A DNA stretch of 64,000 nucleotides from Candidatus Poribacteria bacterium. GTDB taxonomy: Bacteria > Poribacteria > WGA-4E > WGA-3G. Below are positions 52,131 through 62,653 of the stretch, piece after piece. Positions within the stretch are counted from its first letter, which is position 1; every line of letters starts with the position of its first letter. The stretch spans positions 288,001-352,000 of the forward strand of contig OZ244048.1 in NCBI GenBank assembly GCA_965215265.1. The letters are read 5' to 3'. The notes below the pieces were generated by a model. It did no database searches, was not told where the DNA came from, and saw nothing but the letters and a program-made list of their open reading frames with translations. The translations under genes and the position numbers were made by a program.

Positions 52131-55100
52131 TCACTTTCCTAACCCCATCCGATATTTGATGTCGTAGTTGACAATGAAATCTAATTCCTCGTTCGTAAAC
52201 CCATAGTGTTGTGCGAGTACTTGGTCAATTTTATCTATGATGGGCTTGGAATAGCGCGGGAAAAATTCATCATAGATGACGAGGCCTGTTGTTTTGTAAT
52301 AACATTCTTTGCGCTGTGCGTGATTTTTCAGGTCCTGCATCAGTTCGACGGAGAGCTCAGAGAGACGTTGTTTTATTGCCGTGTCCATTTCTGTAATGCC
52401 TATGGGGAAGCTTCTAATTTCACGTACACTCACGACTCTGCAATCCGAGAGAATGATGAACCACCAATAGAAAAGGGAACTGTTCAAAAGTGCGACGACT
52501 GCAGCTGCATCTAATTCCGTTGCTAAGGACAGAGATTTGACACTTGTCGATTTTCGCTCCCCATCTCGTTCATTCCAGAAGTAAGGAATAAAGTTCATTG
52601 CTCTGACCCAATAGCGTGGTGAATTATGGAAGTATATTGTGTGGGAATCTCGCCTCCTCTCAAGATACGTACCTAAAGGTAGGAATTGGGCTAATTTCTC
52701 CCATAGGTTCTGTTCTATTTCATTGTGAAACTTGGGAACTGAATTTTGAAACGACACCTGTGCAACATCGGCATGTTCCATAACGGCAAATAGATGGGAA
52801 CGAGCTTGCTCATGCCATCTATTATAGCGAGACCCGAACAACGTAGGTGTAGGCTTTGCACTGTGCCGAATAATGTAAATCGCCAAGCGTTGATCTGCTC
52901 CAAGGAACAATTTTGCCGGACGAATTCCGTATGTTTGCACCCATCCAGCCCCTTTGGAGCGATGAAATAGAACTTGGAGCGGGGCCATTCTATTTGTGCA
53001 GTAAGCGGAGTGTGGAATTATCATCGATTTCCACCCGCTCTTTTGAAGCAGCTGGAAACTCCTTTCAAACACAAACGCGTAGAGATTACCGCAGCTCTCT
53101 GTCTCATATCTCTTGATGGTGTACTCTTTCTTCACCTTGCTATATTCCACATACGGTGGATTGCCGATAATCACATCGAACCCGCCCTTCTTGAGGATGC
53201 CGTAAAACGCGATGAACCAATGGAACGGCTTATGTGAAGAAAGCCACGCCTGATAAGCAGCGTCACCTATAATTTCTCTATTTCCCCCCCCCTTCCACTA
53301 TACTTTTGTGAAGTCTTCACGCCGTATTCTCCCGCAAGGTACTGATTCAGTTCGGACCCTAACTCCTTCAGTTTACCCTGCAACTTCTGTTTGTCAGCCG
53401 GTTTCACCGTCCCGCCCAATTCGGTTTGCTGCTGGCGAAACAGGGCAAACAGACTTTCAACGTCTTCCACGCGTGCTTGAATCCGCCCCATCGTGTCGTC
53501 AAAGTCGAACTTACCCGTGACTGCACTTTCTACCTCCTCATAAGTCGCATAGCCGACGAGTGTGTTGCCTGCCTGCACGTTAAAGTCTATGTCCGGCAGC
53601 GGTTCAATCTGTTTCACGTTCTCAAGCTGCGCCACCATTTTTAGGAAGAGACGCAGCTTGCAAATTTCGACGGCCTCGTCCATGATGTCTACACCATATA
53701 GGTTGTTGACGATGATGGACTTGAGGATAAAATAGCGGCGGTTTGGGTGCTGCTTAATCCGGTCAAGGAGTTGGCGGAAGTCCGTGTATTTACGGGAATG
53801 TTGCGATGCTTCGTCCAAGAAGGCTTGCATCCGATTTAGGCACGCCTCATAGAGCGGTTCGAGGATATTGAGCGCAGCAAATAAGAAGGCACCGGAGCCG
53901 CACGTCGGATCCAGCACAGTTAGCTGCGTCATCGCCTTCCAAAACGCACGGAGCAGCTCGGGGCCCTCACAACTCTCAATCACGTCTTGCGCGAATTGAC
54001 GAATGTTGAGGTTGTCTGTTATCAGTGCGTTGATGTCCCTGATTTCTCCGTTGGCGAGTTTGGCGCGAACGGTTTCGTAGCGTTGCCGGCGTGCGATGAC
54101 TTCTCGCCACGTTTCCACCGGCAAGGCGTACTCCGCAGGGGCCAACGTGTTCCAGGTTGTCCGTTTGGAGACATCGTCAATGCCAGCAGCGATTTCTGGC
54201 GGTAAATCCAAGTCTACCCCTTTTTTCACTGCATCGTAGAGGTAGCGTTCCGGCACGGCCTGTAGCAGCTGCCACACGGACGTGTCCCCTTCAAATGCGA
54301 TTCTACACGAACGCCGCGCCGCATCAAATAGGAACGGAAGCATCGTATTTTTGCTGATATATTCCGTTATGTCCTCTTTCGTGTAGTATGCACCCATCTG
54401 CTTCTGGTTGATGTACTTTTCAAAGATGTAACCCAGCACATCAGGGTTGATTTCGTTATCGTTTCGCAGCGGGCGCTCGTCTAGATGCCACTGGTAACGT
54501 TCAAAGAAGGTGAAAATCTGTTCAAAAGCCGTGTCGGCAATCTCAATGGTTTCCCCGTGAAGTGTCTCAATCTCGTGTTTCTGAAAGATGCCGCCGTTGA
54601 GGTATGGGATTTTTCCGAGCAAGCGGTGTATCTCTCGGCTGCGTTCCGCTTCCGGTTTCGCAAACCCTTCAAAGAAGAGCGGACAGAGGAAGTGTTTGTA
54701 GTATCTATTGGATGAGGGGGGCGCAGCAGCACTGGCGGCTTGGTTCTCTGCCAGTTTGGTGCGTAGGTAGTTATCGTCGTTATCAAGGAACCCTTTCTTC
54801 TGAATAAAATAGATGAACATCAGCCGGTTGAGCATGACGGAGGCGTACCCACGTTGCATCTCTTCATCGGGAATGCCTTTGAGGAAGTTGAGAAAGGCGG
54901 TGTGTTCCCTCTTGAAATGCTCATAAAACCGTCTGGTGACCTTCTCAACGTCGAAGCCTGCCTGAACGCGTCCAGTCACGTCTGGCAGCGTGAGTTGTTC
55001 TTCCTCCTGCAAACCAAAAGCAAGGGTTTTGAGTTTTTGGATGAGGGAGTCGCCGGATTGTGTTATCTGATACCGATGTTCCCGAGAAGCGGTGGGTTTC

Positions 55101-55426
55101 CCTGCCTCATGTTTAACCCACTGCCAGACTTGCGTTTTTCTTTGAGCGTCCGTGTAGATGATAAAGTGTTCATGGACAGATTTTGCGACCTGTTTTTGGA
55201 TTTTGCGGCGTGTTGTGTAATCGGGGATTTGTCCGTCAAGCGATGCGGTGGACTGAAAAACAACCAGGCCGCGTTTTTGGGCGATTGCAGTGAGTTGGTA
55301 GTCGGTTTCATCTACTGTAACGGAGAGCACTTGTGTATGATAATCCCAACCGAGTTCTTCAATAAAGATAGATTCAAATGCGGATGCTCTCAGGTATTGG
55401 CGTATTTCTGGGAGATTGATTTGCAT
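52131..55426 (-). CDS. Eco57I/Type IIG-like N6-adenine DNA methyltransferase, frameshifted at a G9 tract (candidate phase-variable gene, OFF as assembled)
   Basis: The first frame has LNRLMFIYFIQKKGFL, IPYLNGGIF, GAYYT, DPTCGSGAF, YGVDI and PLPDIDFN. Adding one G continues it into KPFHWF..GGFDVIIGNPPY and the target-recognition region. Confidence 0.88.
53284..53292 (-). repeat. Poly-G tract (G9 on the coding strand) in the Type IIG-like methyltransferase
   Basis: Plus strand ttt-CCCCCCCCC-ttcc; coincides with the frame switch. Confidence 0.93.
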
Positions 55427-55849
55427 GGGTGTTTTCCTATGAAACCTCTGTGTGGCGAAATAGTAAGCAAATTATACACGATGTCTCAACGGAATTCAAG
55501 ACTTTTAGTACGCGCTGTCTCGAAGCAGTTTGGGGAGCCGCCAGCTGCTGGGAGATTCCTGATTAAATTCTTAATTTTTATCAAAGTGCGCCGAGCCAGG
55601 GTATCCCGTTAATTCTAAGCTTTACTATATTATCGCACATTTCTGCCGCTTGATGGATAACGAATTTCCATTCTGCCAGGGCTATTCGGTTTTTGGCGTT
55701 TTAACTATTTTGGCTGCTACAAGAAAACTGAATGACCTTATAGTGAAAGTATTCCGCGAGTGCACTTTTTTGTGCGCTACCTTATAATGCAACGCAATAT
55801 AACAACATAATTTGGATGAGATTTCTCTGGTTCAGGGAAGGCAGATCGA

Positions 55850-56262
55850 ATGAATATAAAAATAATTTTGACATTGGCTCTGGCGAGCTCGGTTTTACAA
55901 GTGAATCCTTCTCAAAGTCAAGTCGTTAGAGACGGCCTGGTTAACTACTGGAGTTTTGATGCTGCAGATGTTGAAGGCAACACCGTTAAAGACGTTGTGG
56001 GAGGCAATGACGGAACGATTGTAGATGGACCTAAACAGGTTAGAGGCAAATTCGGTGAAGCGTTTGAATTTGCTGGGAAGCCGGACGCGATTGATGTTGG
56101 TTCCCCCACCGATGGTAATCTCGATTTTGGCGATGCCAAAGATTTCTCGATGATGGCATAGATAGGAGTTGGCAAACCGCTAGAATTAGACGGAGAGCCG
56201 TCTAGAATCGTTAGTAAGGGGGATGGGGGTGGCAATGCCAGAATTCTCTGGAAGATTGACAC
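55850..56262 (+). pseudogene. LamG-domain secreted protein with a TAG at 56159, truncated by a deletion near 56262
   Basis: Signal peptide, GLVNYWSFD, GKFGEAFEF, then FSMMA*(Trp expected)IG...IVSKG...WKID, after which it runs into the antisense of the methyltransferase gene. Confidence 0.75.
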
Positions 56263-57035
56263 AACTTTTGTAGTCTTTCTCGTGCAATTTCGCAGTAATT
56301 TCCATTAATTTCACTACCAAGAAAAATTCTGTGGTTCTTCTCAGCCATTACTGCAACCGTCCCGCTCCCTAAAAATGGATCGTATACCAAATCCCCAGGG
56401 TTGCTCCACGTGATAATATGATCGTTCGCTAATTGCTCGGGGAATATGGCGGGGTGTTTGTGTGCTATTTTATCCGATGCTGAGTGTCCACTGCCGATGA
56501 GATATTCCCAGACGTTCGTGCGTCTACCGTACTCCGCATAGCCCTTTCGCTTCATTCGCAATAAAGAGCCATCACGCAAGCGTTTTGTGCCAATATCGCC
56601 TTTACGTGATTTCTTATTCTTTCGATCTTTGATCAGGTTGATTGTTTTCGGCTGTCCCTTAGAAAACACGAACATATACTCAAATGATTGCCAATAGGTC
56701 TTATTATTGCCGACTGCACCTCTGGGTGGTTTCAAGTAGATCATCGTGTCAAACAAGTTAAATCCGATTTCCTTGAAATAGAGTGCTTGGCGAAATGAGG
56801 TGCCTGACTCGTTCCCTTTTACCGTCTCGTCTCCAATCACCCAAACGACCACTCCGCCCTTTTTAATAATGCGGTACAACTCAACAGCGATCTTTTCAAA
56901 GCCTTCTAACATGTACCCTTCGTACTCACGCATATTGTCATAGGGCGGTGAAGTCACGACAAGGTCAACGAATTCATCGTCCATCAATGCCATCGTGTCT
57001 ATGCAATTTTCATTTTTAATCCGGTTCAATTCCAT
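56211..57035 (-). CDS. Orphan N4-C/N6-A DNA methyltransferase, beta motif order
   Basis: VVTSPPY near the N-terminus, then HPAIFPE, DPFLGSGT and EIN..Y..IARERL; the last ~16 aa are the antisense of the LamG relic. Confidence 0.9.
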   Translation of the reverse strand: MELNRIKNENCIDTMALMDDEFVDLVVTSPPYDNMREYEGYMLEGFEKIAVELYRIIKKGGVVVWVIGDETVKGNESGTSFRQALYFKEIGFNLFDTMIYLKPPRGAVGNNKTYWQSFEYMFVFSKGQPKTINLIKDRKNKKSRKGDIGTKRLRDGSLLRMKRKGYAEYGRRTNVWEYLIGSGHSASDKIAHKHPAIFPEQLANDHIITWSNPGDLVYDPFLGSGTVAVMAEKNHRIFLGSEINGNYCEIARERLQKLCQSSREFWHCHPHPPY

Positions 57036-57197
57036 GATACACTTCCTTATAGCAGTCTGTTAGAGACAAGTGATGGAATTTGATTTGAAGTTTCTCTGCG
57101 TTAAATCTTTTACAACTCATAATTTTTTTACGGTATCGTGCCAAATTGTATTTGTCAGGAGCCGCTTCATGCGTACTCAACAAACACTGTTTTTTTT

Positions 57198-57252
57198 GTA
57201 TACTTCAGTACCATCACCGCTTATGCTTTGCTGGCTCGTGTGTAAATCTCGT
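57198..57252 (+). repeat. Degenerate 55-bp intergenic repeat, copy B
   Basis: 41/55 identity to 49290-49344; followed by the hairpin GGATTTGGG-TGGG-CCCAAATCC. Confidence 0.65.
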
Positions 57253-57377
57253 GGATTTGGGTGGGCCCAAATCCTCTCTCTGTAATGTTCTAAACATAAG
57301 ATGAAAAAAAATAAAGTGATACGTTGCTCCGTTAGCGACCGCACTTCTCACGAAAATTGTGCGGTGGGACAGCAACT

Positions 57378-60300
57378 CTACTTCCTTAGCAGCATTTTAC
57401 GCGTCGCAGTGAAATCACCTGCCGTGAGCGTGTAGAAATAGACACCACTCGCCACAGGCTCACCCTGTTCATTTTTACCGTCCCAATACACCGCACGACT
57501 CCGGCTCTCATACAGACCCGCCGCCTTATGCCCCAGCGACAATTGCCGAACCACCAGCCCCCGCGCAGAATAGACAGTCAAACTTACATCCGCAGCGTCC
57601 GACAACTGATACGGTATCCACGTCTCTGGGTTGAACGGGTTCGGATAATTCGCCAGCAGCACCGTTTCTTCAGGCAGCAGCGAGGCGAAAAGACTTTGGA
57701 GATTCGCAATCCCTTGTTGGAAAGCGAGTGAGCCATCATTTTCTGCCTGTGCTTGTGTTATCCACGCCCGAACTATCTCTGGAGTTAGTTCCACCCTGTC
57801 TCTCACCCCAGCAAAAGGGGCGGCGGCAGTGGTGGATTCGCCCATGTGTTGTGCCACAAGGATGAGATCTTGGACGTTAATCTTCCCATCGCGATTCACA
57901 TCCGCTTGCGGGTTAGCAGCCGCATCCTCGCCTAAGTAGCGCGCCACCTGAATCATGTCCAGAACGCTCACCTGCCCATCGGCATTCACATCCCAGGTCG
58001 GTTTAGACTCTACAGTAATGGTAAGATTTGGCACACCGGCTGCAATCACCTCACCGGTGCTATCACCAAGTTGGAAGCTAGACAGTGTGAGTTCACTGTC
58101 GCCCGCCCCCCTCGCGGAGAATACCACTGACAGCAATCTCCCGGTGCCGCTCACACCTTTTTCAGAAAGCAACGCAGCGCTGAGCCCCGCAATTTTACCT
58201 GTTGTATTGTCAATCGTGCCTCGCTGGAAGAAGGTCGTCCCACCACCTTTCTTCAGCAAATCCCCCTCGCTGACTTCAACCGCTTCAAGTATCTCAGGGG
58301 AAAATGCTACATCAAATTGCCACCCGGCTAAATCGGTAACCTTTTCTGCACCAATACGAACAGTGAAGGTATCACCAACGCGAACACTCGTTGTGTCTGT
58401 TGAGAGCACGAATCCAGTGCCAGGGTAGACTACGGCATATTCTGCCTCAGGTGCAAACCCAAAGAAGCCGCTCCAATCACCCCATATATTGTCAACAGCC
58501 ACTAATAACATATTTGTACCCTCATTTAGCGTTACAGGGATAATATGCTGATAATTGATAGCAGATGGATCCCAGCCCGGGCCGAACTCCTTGTAAATCA
58601 ACTGCCCGTTGAGCCAGACTTTGACACCATCATCCGCTCCGACAAATATTTTCGTCTGTTGTTCGCGTGGAGAATTCAACAGGATTGAACCGTAGAGAAC
58701 ATAACCAACTGTCTCTTCACCTGTTCCCCAGCCCAGAGCGTTCGTCATGTCGCCGATATTATTTCCTCCTGTGGGTGAAATCTCGTGGATAGTCCATACG
58801 CTATCTGCAACAGTTGCTCCCTCCTTAGCCCCGCGGGTAGCAATCTGTAATTCGGTTACGGCACCGCCACTCGCTTGAGACAGAAAATCTGTTTCTCTAT
58901 TCAGCTCGGGTCCCGGTACCATTGCCCATAACCAGGGACCCACTATTTTCGGGCCGCCTTGCGGGAAACCCGGATTCCTGTACCAGATGATATTTGCATC
59001 GGCGGGTAACCGGTTCAAATGCGAGATGTCTGATATATCATTGTGGCCCAGGTGTACCCATTGCAAATTGTGCAAAGATGCAAGCGGTGAGACATCTGAT
59101 ATATGGTTGCTTTGCAGGTGTAGCCGTCTCAACTTGCGCATGGATGCAAGCGGCGAAATATCTGATATGTCATGATTTTCAAATAACTCCAATTCTTCCA
59201 AATGAATCAATCCTACTAAGGGTGAGATATCTGAGATTCCACTCCGTGCGGCACTTAGTTCTTTCAGACCCACGAGTCCTTTCAAAGGTGCAAGGCTCGG
59301 GCTCTCTGCGTAGAAAAATCTCAGCCTTTCCAAATTTGTTAATCCGGCGAGTGGCGACAGGTCCGATACTGGTGAGTGAGTGAACCATATAGACTTCAGT
59401 TTTGAAAGCCCTGCAAGAGGCGATAAATCAGATACATCGGTATCCCCGAACCGAAGAAACTCTAGGTTGATTAATCCTGCAAGTGGCGACAGGTCTGATA
59501 TTGATTTGCTCGAAAAGGTGAGACGGTGCAATTTTGTTAATCCGGCGAGAGGTGATAGATCCGATATGAACCCCAAATCATCCTCCGACCCCACGTCAAT
59601 AAATAATCTTTCCAAATTTGTTGCAAACTCAATCCCTGTCAATTCTCGGACTTCCCGCACACCAATGTCCACAATCGTTGCCATTTCCTTGACTGTAATC
59701 GGGGTGCCAGGGGCTTTGCCAATTGCTTCTTCAATCACGGCACGCAGGTTTGCGTCAGGGATGTGAACAGTCGCCCCAGGGAGACGTTCTGTCTGAGTCG
59801 CAACAGGCACCGCTACGCTCTCCACAGGGAAATCCAGCGCAAACATCACTTCACTAAAGTGCACCGTCCAAGTGTCCCGTTTCACAGTGCCGTTTTCGCC
59901 CAACAGCGAACCCAATAAGTTTTGCAAACTCGCGTTCTCACGAATCTTTCCCACAAAGGCATCCGTTTCTAACCCAACGGCGGCGGCAGCGTGCGCCGCA
60001 TCCAGCGGCGCTTGGAACGCCTCGTGGAATCGCTGAATCGGCTCAATACCACCGAATACACCACCGGTGTCTTTAAGTGCCGCCCTATAACGCGCGGTAT
60101 CCTCAGCAACTAACTCATCCATCACACCTTTCTCTGTATAGAGACGTAAAGCCTGCGCTCTATTGAAGGGCGGGTTCGCATTCTCCCATACAACCGCACG
60201 CACCTCATCTTCAAGCGGCTTCATCCCTTTTGTATGGCAACCTATGCAGGACAGCCCGTTCCGCACCGTCGGATCGCTCGCCGCAGGATTTGAGACGATG

Positions 60301-61469
60301 CTTATCGGCGCTTCATCCAGGCGATTCCCACCCGCATCTACCAGATAGTACGCCTGCAAGCCGTTCGGCAGGTTAAAGATAATCTCCCCGCCGTCGTGTC
60401 TGAAAGAGAGGGGATGCGTGAAGATATTCTGCGTGCCCGCACTCCCTGCGAAGTCGTAGCTTTTCCAATACGCCCCATATCGCGAGAGATGTCTTTCAAC
60501 AACACGGTTGTGATTAGAGACACCGGAGTCGTTGAAACCCGCACGCCACACGCGCCGCCCCGCCGCATTCCGCAGGTTTTCAACAACGTTCACCTCAAGA
60601 CGTGCCTCTAATTCCCGGTCTGTCGCAGGCAGCGCCAAAATATCATGATAGAGCGGGGGCAAGGAGGCGTTTGCCAGAAACCAATCCACATGGATAAACG
60701 GCACTTCGCATTGCATCGCTTCACGCAGGCGCGCCAAGGTTTCCTGCAGATGTGTCTGTGTGGGTGCTGCATAGTTATTTTTATACGGATAGGCGCTTTC
60801 AATCTGTGTCCATCGGTTACTGCCTATCTCCCATTCGTAGTCGCGAAGGTCTATGTAGAAAATCGTGGCTTCCGCGTCAATCGATTGTGGGTTGATAACC
60901 TCGCGCCCCCAGGAGAGGCTATTGACGAGTTTGGAGAGGGCGCGTTGATAGGCGTGTAGTGCCTCCGCACTCTCGCCTGCGTTATAGAGGTGTGTGAGCG
61001 TGAAATAGCGTGCAAATCCCCGGTCAAAAGGGGCGAGCGAGTTGACATGCTTCTCAATGGTATTGAACATCTCCTCGGTTGTGATGAAGCCGCCGTGTGT
61101 GGCGGTGGTTTGCCAATCTGGGGCACCTGCGGCAATCCACAATTGGATGAGAAAAATATCGTCATCGGACAGCCGGGGTAGGTTTAACGGCATCCGTTCC
61201 GCAGGATTCTCTGTTATTAAGCGTTGATAGAGCAAGGAGGCATCGGTGTCTCGTGGGATGACGTTTTGAGACGCGATGAGCTCGGCATGCTGCATTGTCA
61301 GTTCATCGGCGTAAGCCCCGAATTCACCATGGCAATTCAGGCAGTGTTGTTCAAAGATAGCGTAAACTTTTTGTGCGAGCGGCTGTTGTGCCTCACCGTT
61401 TTGATAAGCCACGAGGAGCATGAATATGCAGATAAAACCGCGCCAGATGATGCTTTTAGATTTTCTCAT
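57378..61469 (-). CDS. Large secreted multidomain protein: c-type cytochrome, internalin-like LRR, cohesin, dockerin and FlgD/CTD-like tail
   Basis: Signal peptide from MRKSK, heme motifs CLNCH and CIGCH, repeated ISDLSPLAGL, DLAGWQFD (cohesin), WDVNADGQV..D and DVNRDG.IN..D (dockerin), and NYPNPFNPETWIPY...WDGKN..GE.VASGVYFY. Confidence 0.85.
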   Translation of the reverse strand: MRKSKSIIWRGFICIFMLLVAYQNGEAQQPLAQKVYAIFEQHCLNCHGEFGAYADELTMQHAELIASQNVIPRDTDASLLYQRLITENPAERMPLNLPRLSDDDIFLIQLWIAAGAPDWQTTATHGGFITTEEMFNTIEKHVNSLAPFDRGFARYFTLTHLYNAGESAEALHAYQRALSKLVNSLSWGREVINPQSIDAEATIFYIDLRDYEWEIGSNRWTQIESAYPYKNNYAAPTQTHLQETLARLREAMQCEVPFIHVDWFLANASLPPLYHDILALPATDRELEARLEVNVVENLRNAAGRRVWRAGFNDSGVSNHNRVVERHLSRYGAYWKSYDFAGSAGTQNIFTHPLSFRHDGGEIIFNLPNGLQAYYLVDAGGNRLDEAPISIVSNPAASDPTVRNGLSCIGCHTKGMKPLEDEVRAVVWENANPPFNRAQALRLYTEKGVMDELVAEDTARYRAALKDTGGVFGGIEPIQRFHEAFQAPLDAAHAAAAVGLETDAFVGKIRENASLQNLLGSLLGENGTVKRDTWTVHFSEVMFALDFPVESVAVPVATQTERLPGATVHIPDANLRAVIEEAIGKAPGTPITVKEMATIVDIGVREVRELTGIEFATNLERLFIDVGSEDDLGFISDLSPLAGLTKLHRLTFSSKSISDLSPLAGLINLEFLRFGDTDVSDLSPLAGLSKLKSIWFTHSPVSDLSPLAGLTNLERLRFFYAESPSLAPLKGLVGLKELSAARSGISDISPLVGLIHLEELELFENHDISDISPLASMRKLRRLHLQSNHISDVSPLASLHNLQWVHLGHNDISDISHLNRLPADANIIWYRNPGFPQGGPKIVGPWLWAMVPGPELNRETDFLSQASGGAVTELQIATRGAKEGATVADSVWTIHEISPTGGNNIGDMTNALGWGTGEETVGYVLYGSILLNSPREQQTKIFVGADDGVKVWLNGQLIYKEFGPGWDPSAINYQHIIPVTLNEGTNMLLVAVDNIWGDWSGFFGFAPEAEYAVVYPGTGFVLSTDTTSVRVGDTFTVRIGAEKVTDLAGWQFDVAFSPEILEAVEVSEGDLLKKGGGTTFFQRGTIDNTTGKIAGLSAALLSEKGVSGTGRLLSVVFSARGAGDSELTLSSFQLGDSTGEVIAAGVPNLTITVESKPTWDVNADGQVSVLDMIQVARYLGEDAAANPQADVNRDGKINVQDLILVAQHMGESTTAAAPFAGVRDRVELTPEIVRAWITQAQAENDGSLAFQQGIANLQSLFASLLPEETVLLANYPNPFNPETWIPYQLSDAADVSLTVYSARGLVVRQLSLGHKAAGLYESRSRAVYWDGKNEQGEPVASGVYFYTLTAGDFTATRKMLLRK

Positions 61470-61705
61470 TTTATGATTTCTCCTTTGGACACGCGAATCC
61501 GTGCAGCTTGTTTTGAGAAAAGAATTCATCCCTGCAAGCAGGGAGAACTTCTTATTGGAATGAGGTCTCACCGTCTCATTTTTCGGACGATGGGACGTTT
61601 TATAGTGAACTCCGTCCTTAATACTTGATAAGTTAACATGATTCCGAGAAAATGTCAAGTTATTTTTAGTTCTTAGCACAATACGAATATTGAACGTTCC
61701 AAGAT

Positions 61706-62653
61706 CTAAACTTCTTGCATTGTAGCCAGTCCAGTCTGCCATTCCTGACCTTTCTTGCCTGCGTAGAGCATGGCGTAGGTACCGCCGATTTCAAAGATCT
61801 GTCCCGTCAAAACCCCGTCGCAATCAAACGCATCCGGGTCTTCCGATGGTGTAAAAACAGGGTTATAAGGGTTGGGTTCAAAGGTTCGGAAATCGCGAGT
61901 GCGCACATGCCCGATGCGCCAGACTTTTCCGTCGTATCCGCCGTAAAGGATGTGGAAGTAGTGTGGTTCTTTGAACAATTCGGTTTCACGAACGGCTTGC
62001 CTGTCCCATGCTTGCCCACTCCCTCTGAAAACAGGATTGGTAGTATTTTTTGTGACCGACGCTGGGTTTTCGGTCGGTGCGGTTGCGTGACACATCGTCA
62101 GGCCGTCCGCGAACGACCGGGTCGCCTTCCCAGTATAAACAATGTGAATCGTGTTGCCTACGACCGCGACAGACGGGTGCGTTGAGCCGTATCGTTCGTG
62201 TTCGGTATCTGCAGGGATAACAGGAGTTCGCTGGACGCGCCGCCACTCGCCGAGGTCTCCATTGCTCACAAGCAAGCCGGTCTGTTCAGGTGTTGTTTTC
62301 CCTTTTCCACGATAGTACATGTAGAATTTACCATCAGCAGGATTTAGGAACGGAAAGGGGTATTCGACGGCTGTACTATCGAAACCATCAACTGAAGGCT
62401 CAAGGATAGGGTTCCGCGAATCCTGAGTAATGTCAGTAGGGGCACTGATGGGAGCTGTCGCGTGCATCATCACCCATCGAACATCAGGCTCGCGTTTACA
62501 CCAGATGTAGTGTAGCGTATCATCAACGATGATAGCATGGGTTGCTGCCGCCCAGCGCGGCGGTGGCAGCGAGATAATTGGATTACCTGTTTCTATTCTC
62601 TTGAAACTGGCAAATACTTCAAATGGGATGGTATCTTTCGGCGGATATGCCAT
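61706..62653 (-). CDS. Five-bladed beta-propeller glycoside hydrolase-like protein (GH32/43/130-like)
   Basis: Has its own SD (GAGGTG) 6 nt before the ATG at 62653; repeated NP(I/V), FD..AVEYP, YMYY.G and THPSV blade-like segments. Confidence 0.72.
   Translation of the reverse strand: MAYPPKDTIPFEVFASFKRIETGNPIISLPPPRWAAATHAIIVDDTLHYIWCKREPDVRWVMMHATAPISAPTDITQDSRNPILEPSVDGFDSTAVEYPFPFLNPADGKFYMYYRGKGKTTPEQTGLLVSNGDLGEWRRVQRTPVIPADTEHERYGSTHPSVAVVGNTIHIVYTGKATRSFADGLTMCHATAPTENPASVTKNTTNPVFRGSGQAWDRQAVRETELFKEPHYFHILYGGYDGKVWRIGHVRTRDFRTFEPNPYNPVFTPSEDPDAFDCDGVLTGQIFEIGGTYAMLYAGKKGQEWQTGLATMQEV

Noticed and set aside
54854-55612. 252-aa plus-strand ORF and similar antisense ORFs (for example 31187-31876 and 25352-25870)
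   Set aside because: They are shadow frames opposite well-supported genes and have no recognisable motifs.
19224-56161. Stop-codon reassignment or selenocysteine/pyrrolysine readthrough as the cause of the in-frame stops
   Set aside because: TAA, TAG and TGA all occur as internal stops and all also end intact genes. Two of them sit at expected Trp positions (TGG to TGA or TAG), which fits point mutation.
57322-57377. Stem-loop downstream of the large surface-protein gene as a novel RNA
   Set aside because: Its position right after a stop codon fits an ordinary terminator or REP-like hairpin.
59000-59600. Periodic repeats as a DGR template/variable pair or an array
   Set aside because: They are LRR-coding repeats; there is no reverse transcriptase in the window and I saw no adenine-specific variant pair.
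61470-61742. 91-aa N-terminal extension of the 1454-aa ORF
   Set aside because: It overlaps the neighbouring gene end and intergenic DNA; the SD and signal peptide indicate a start at 61469.
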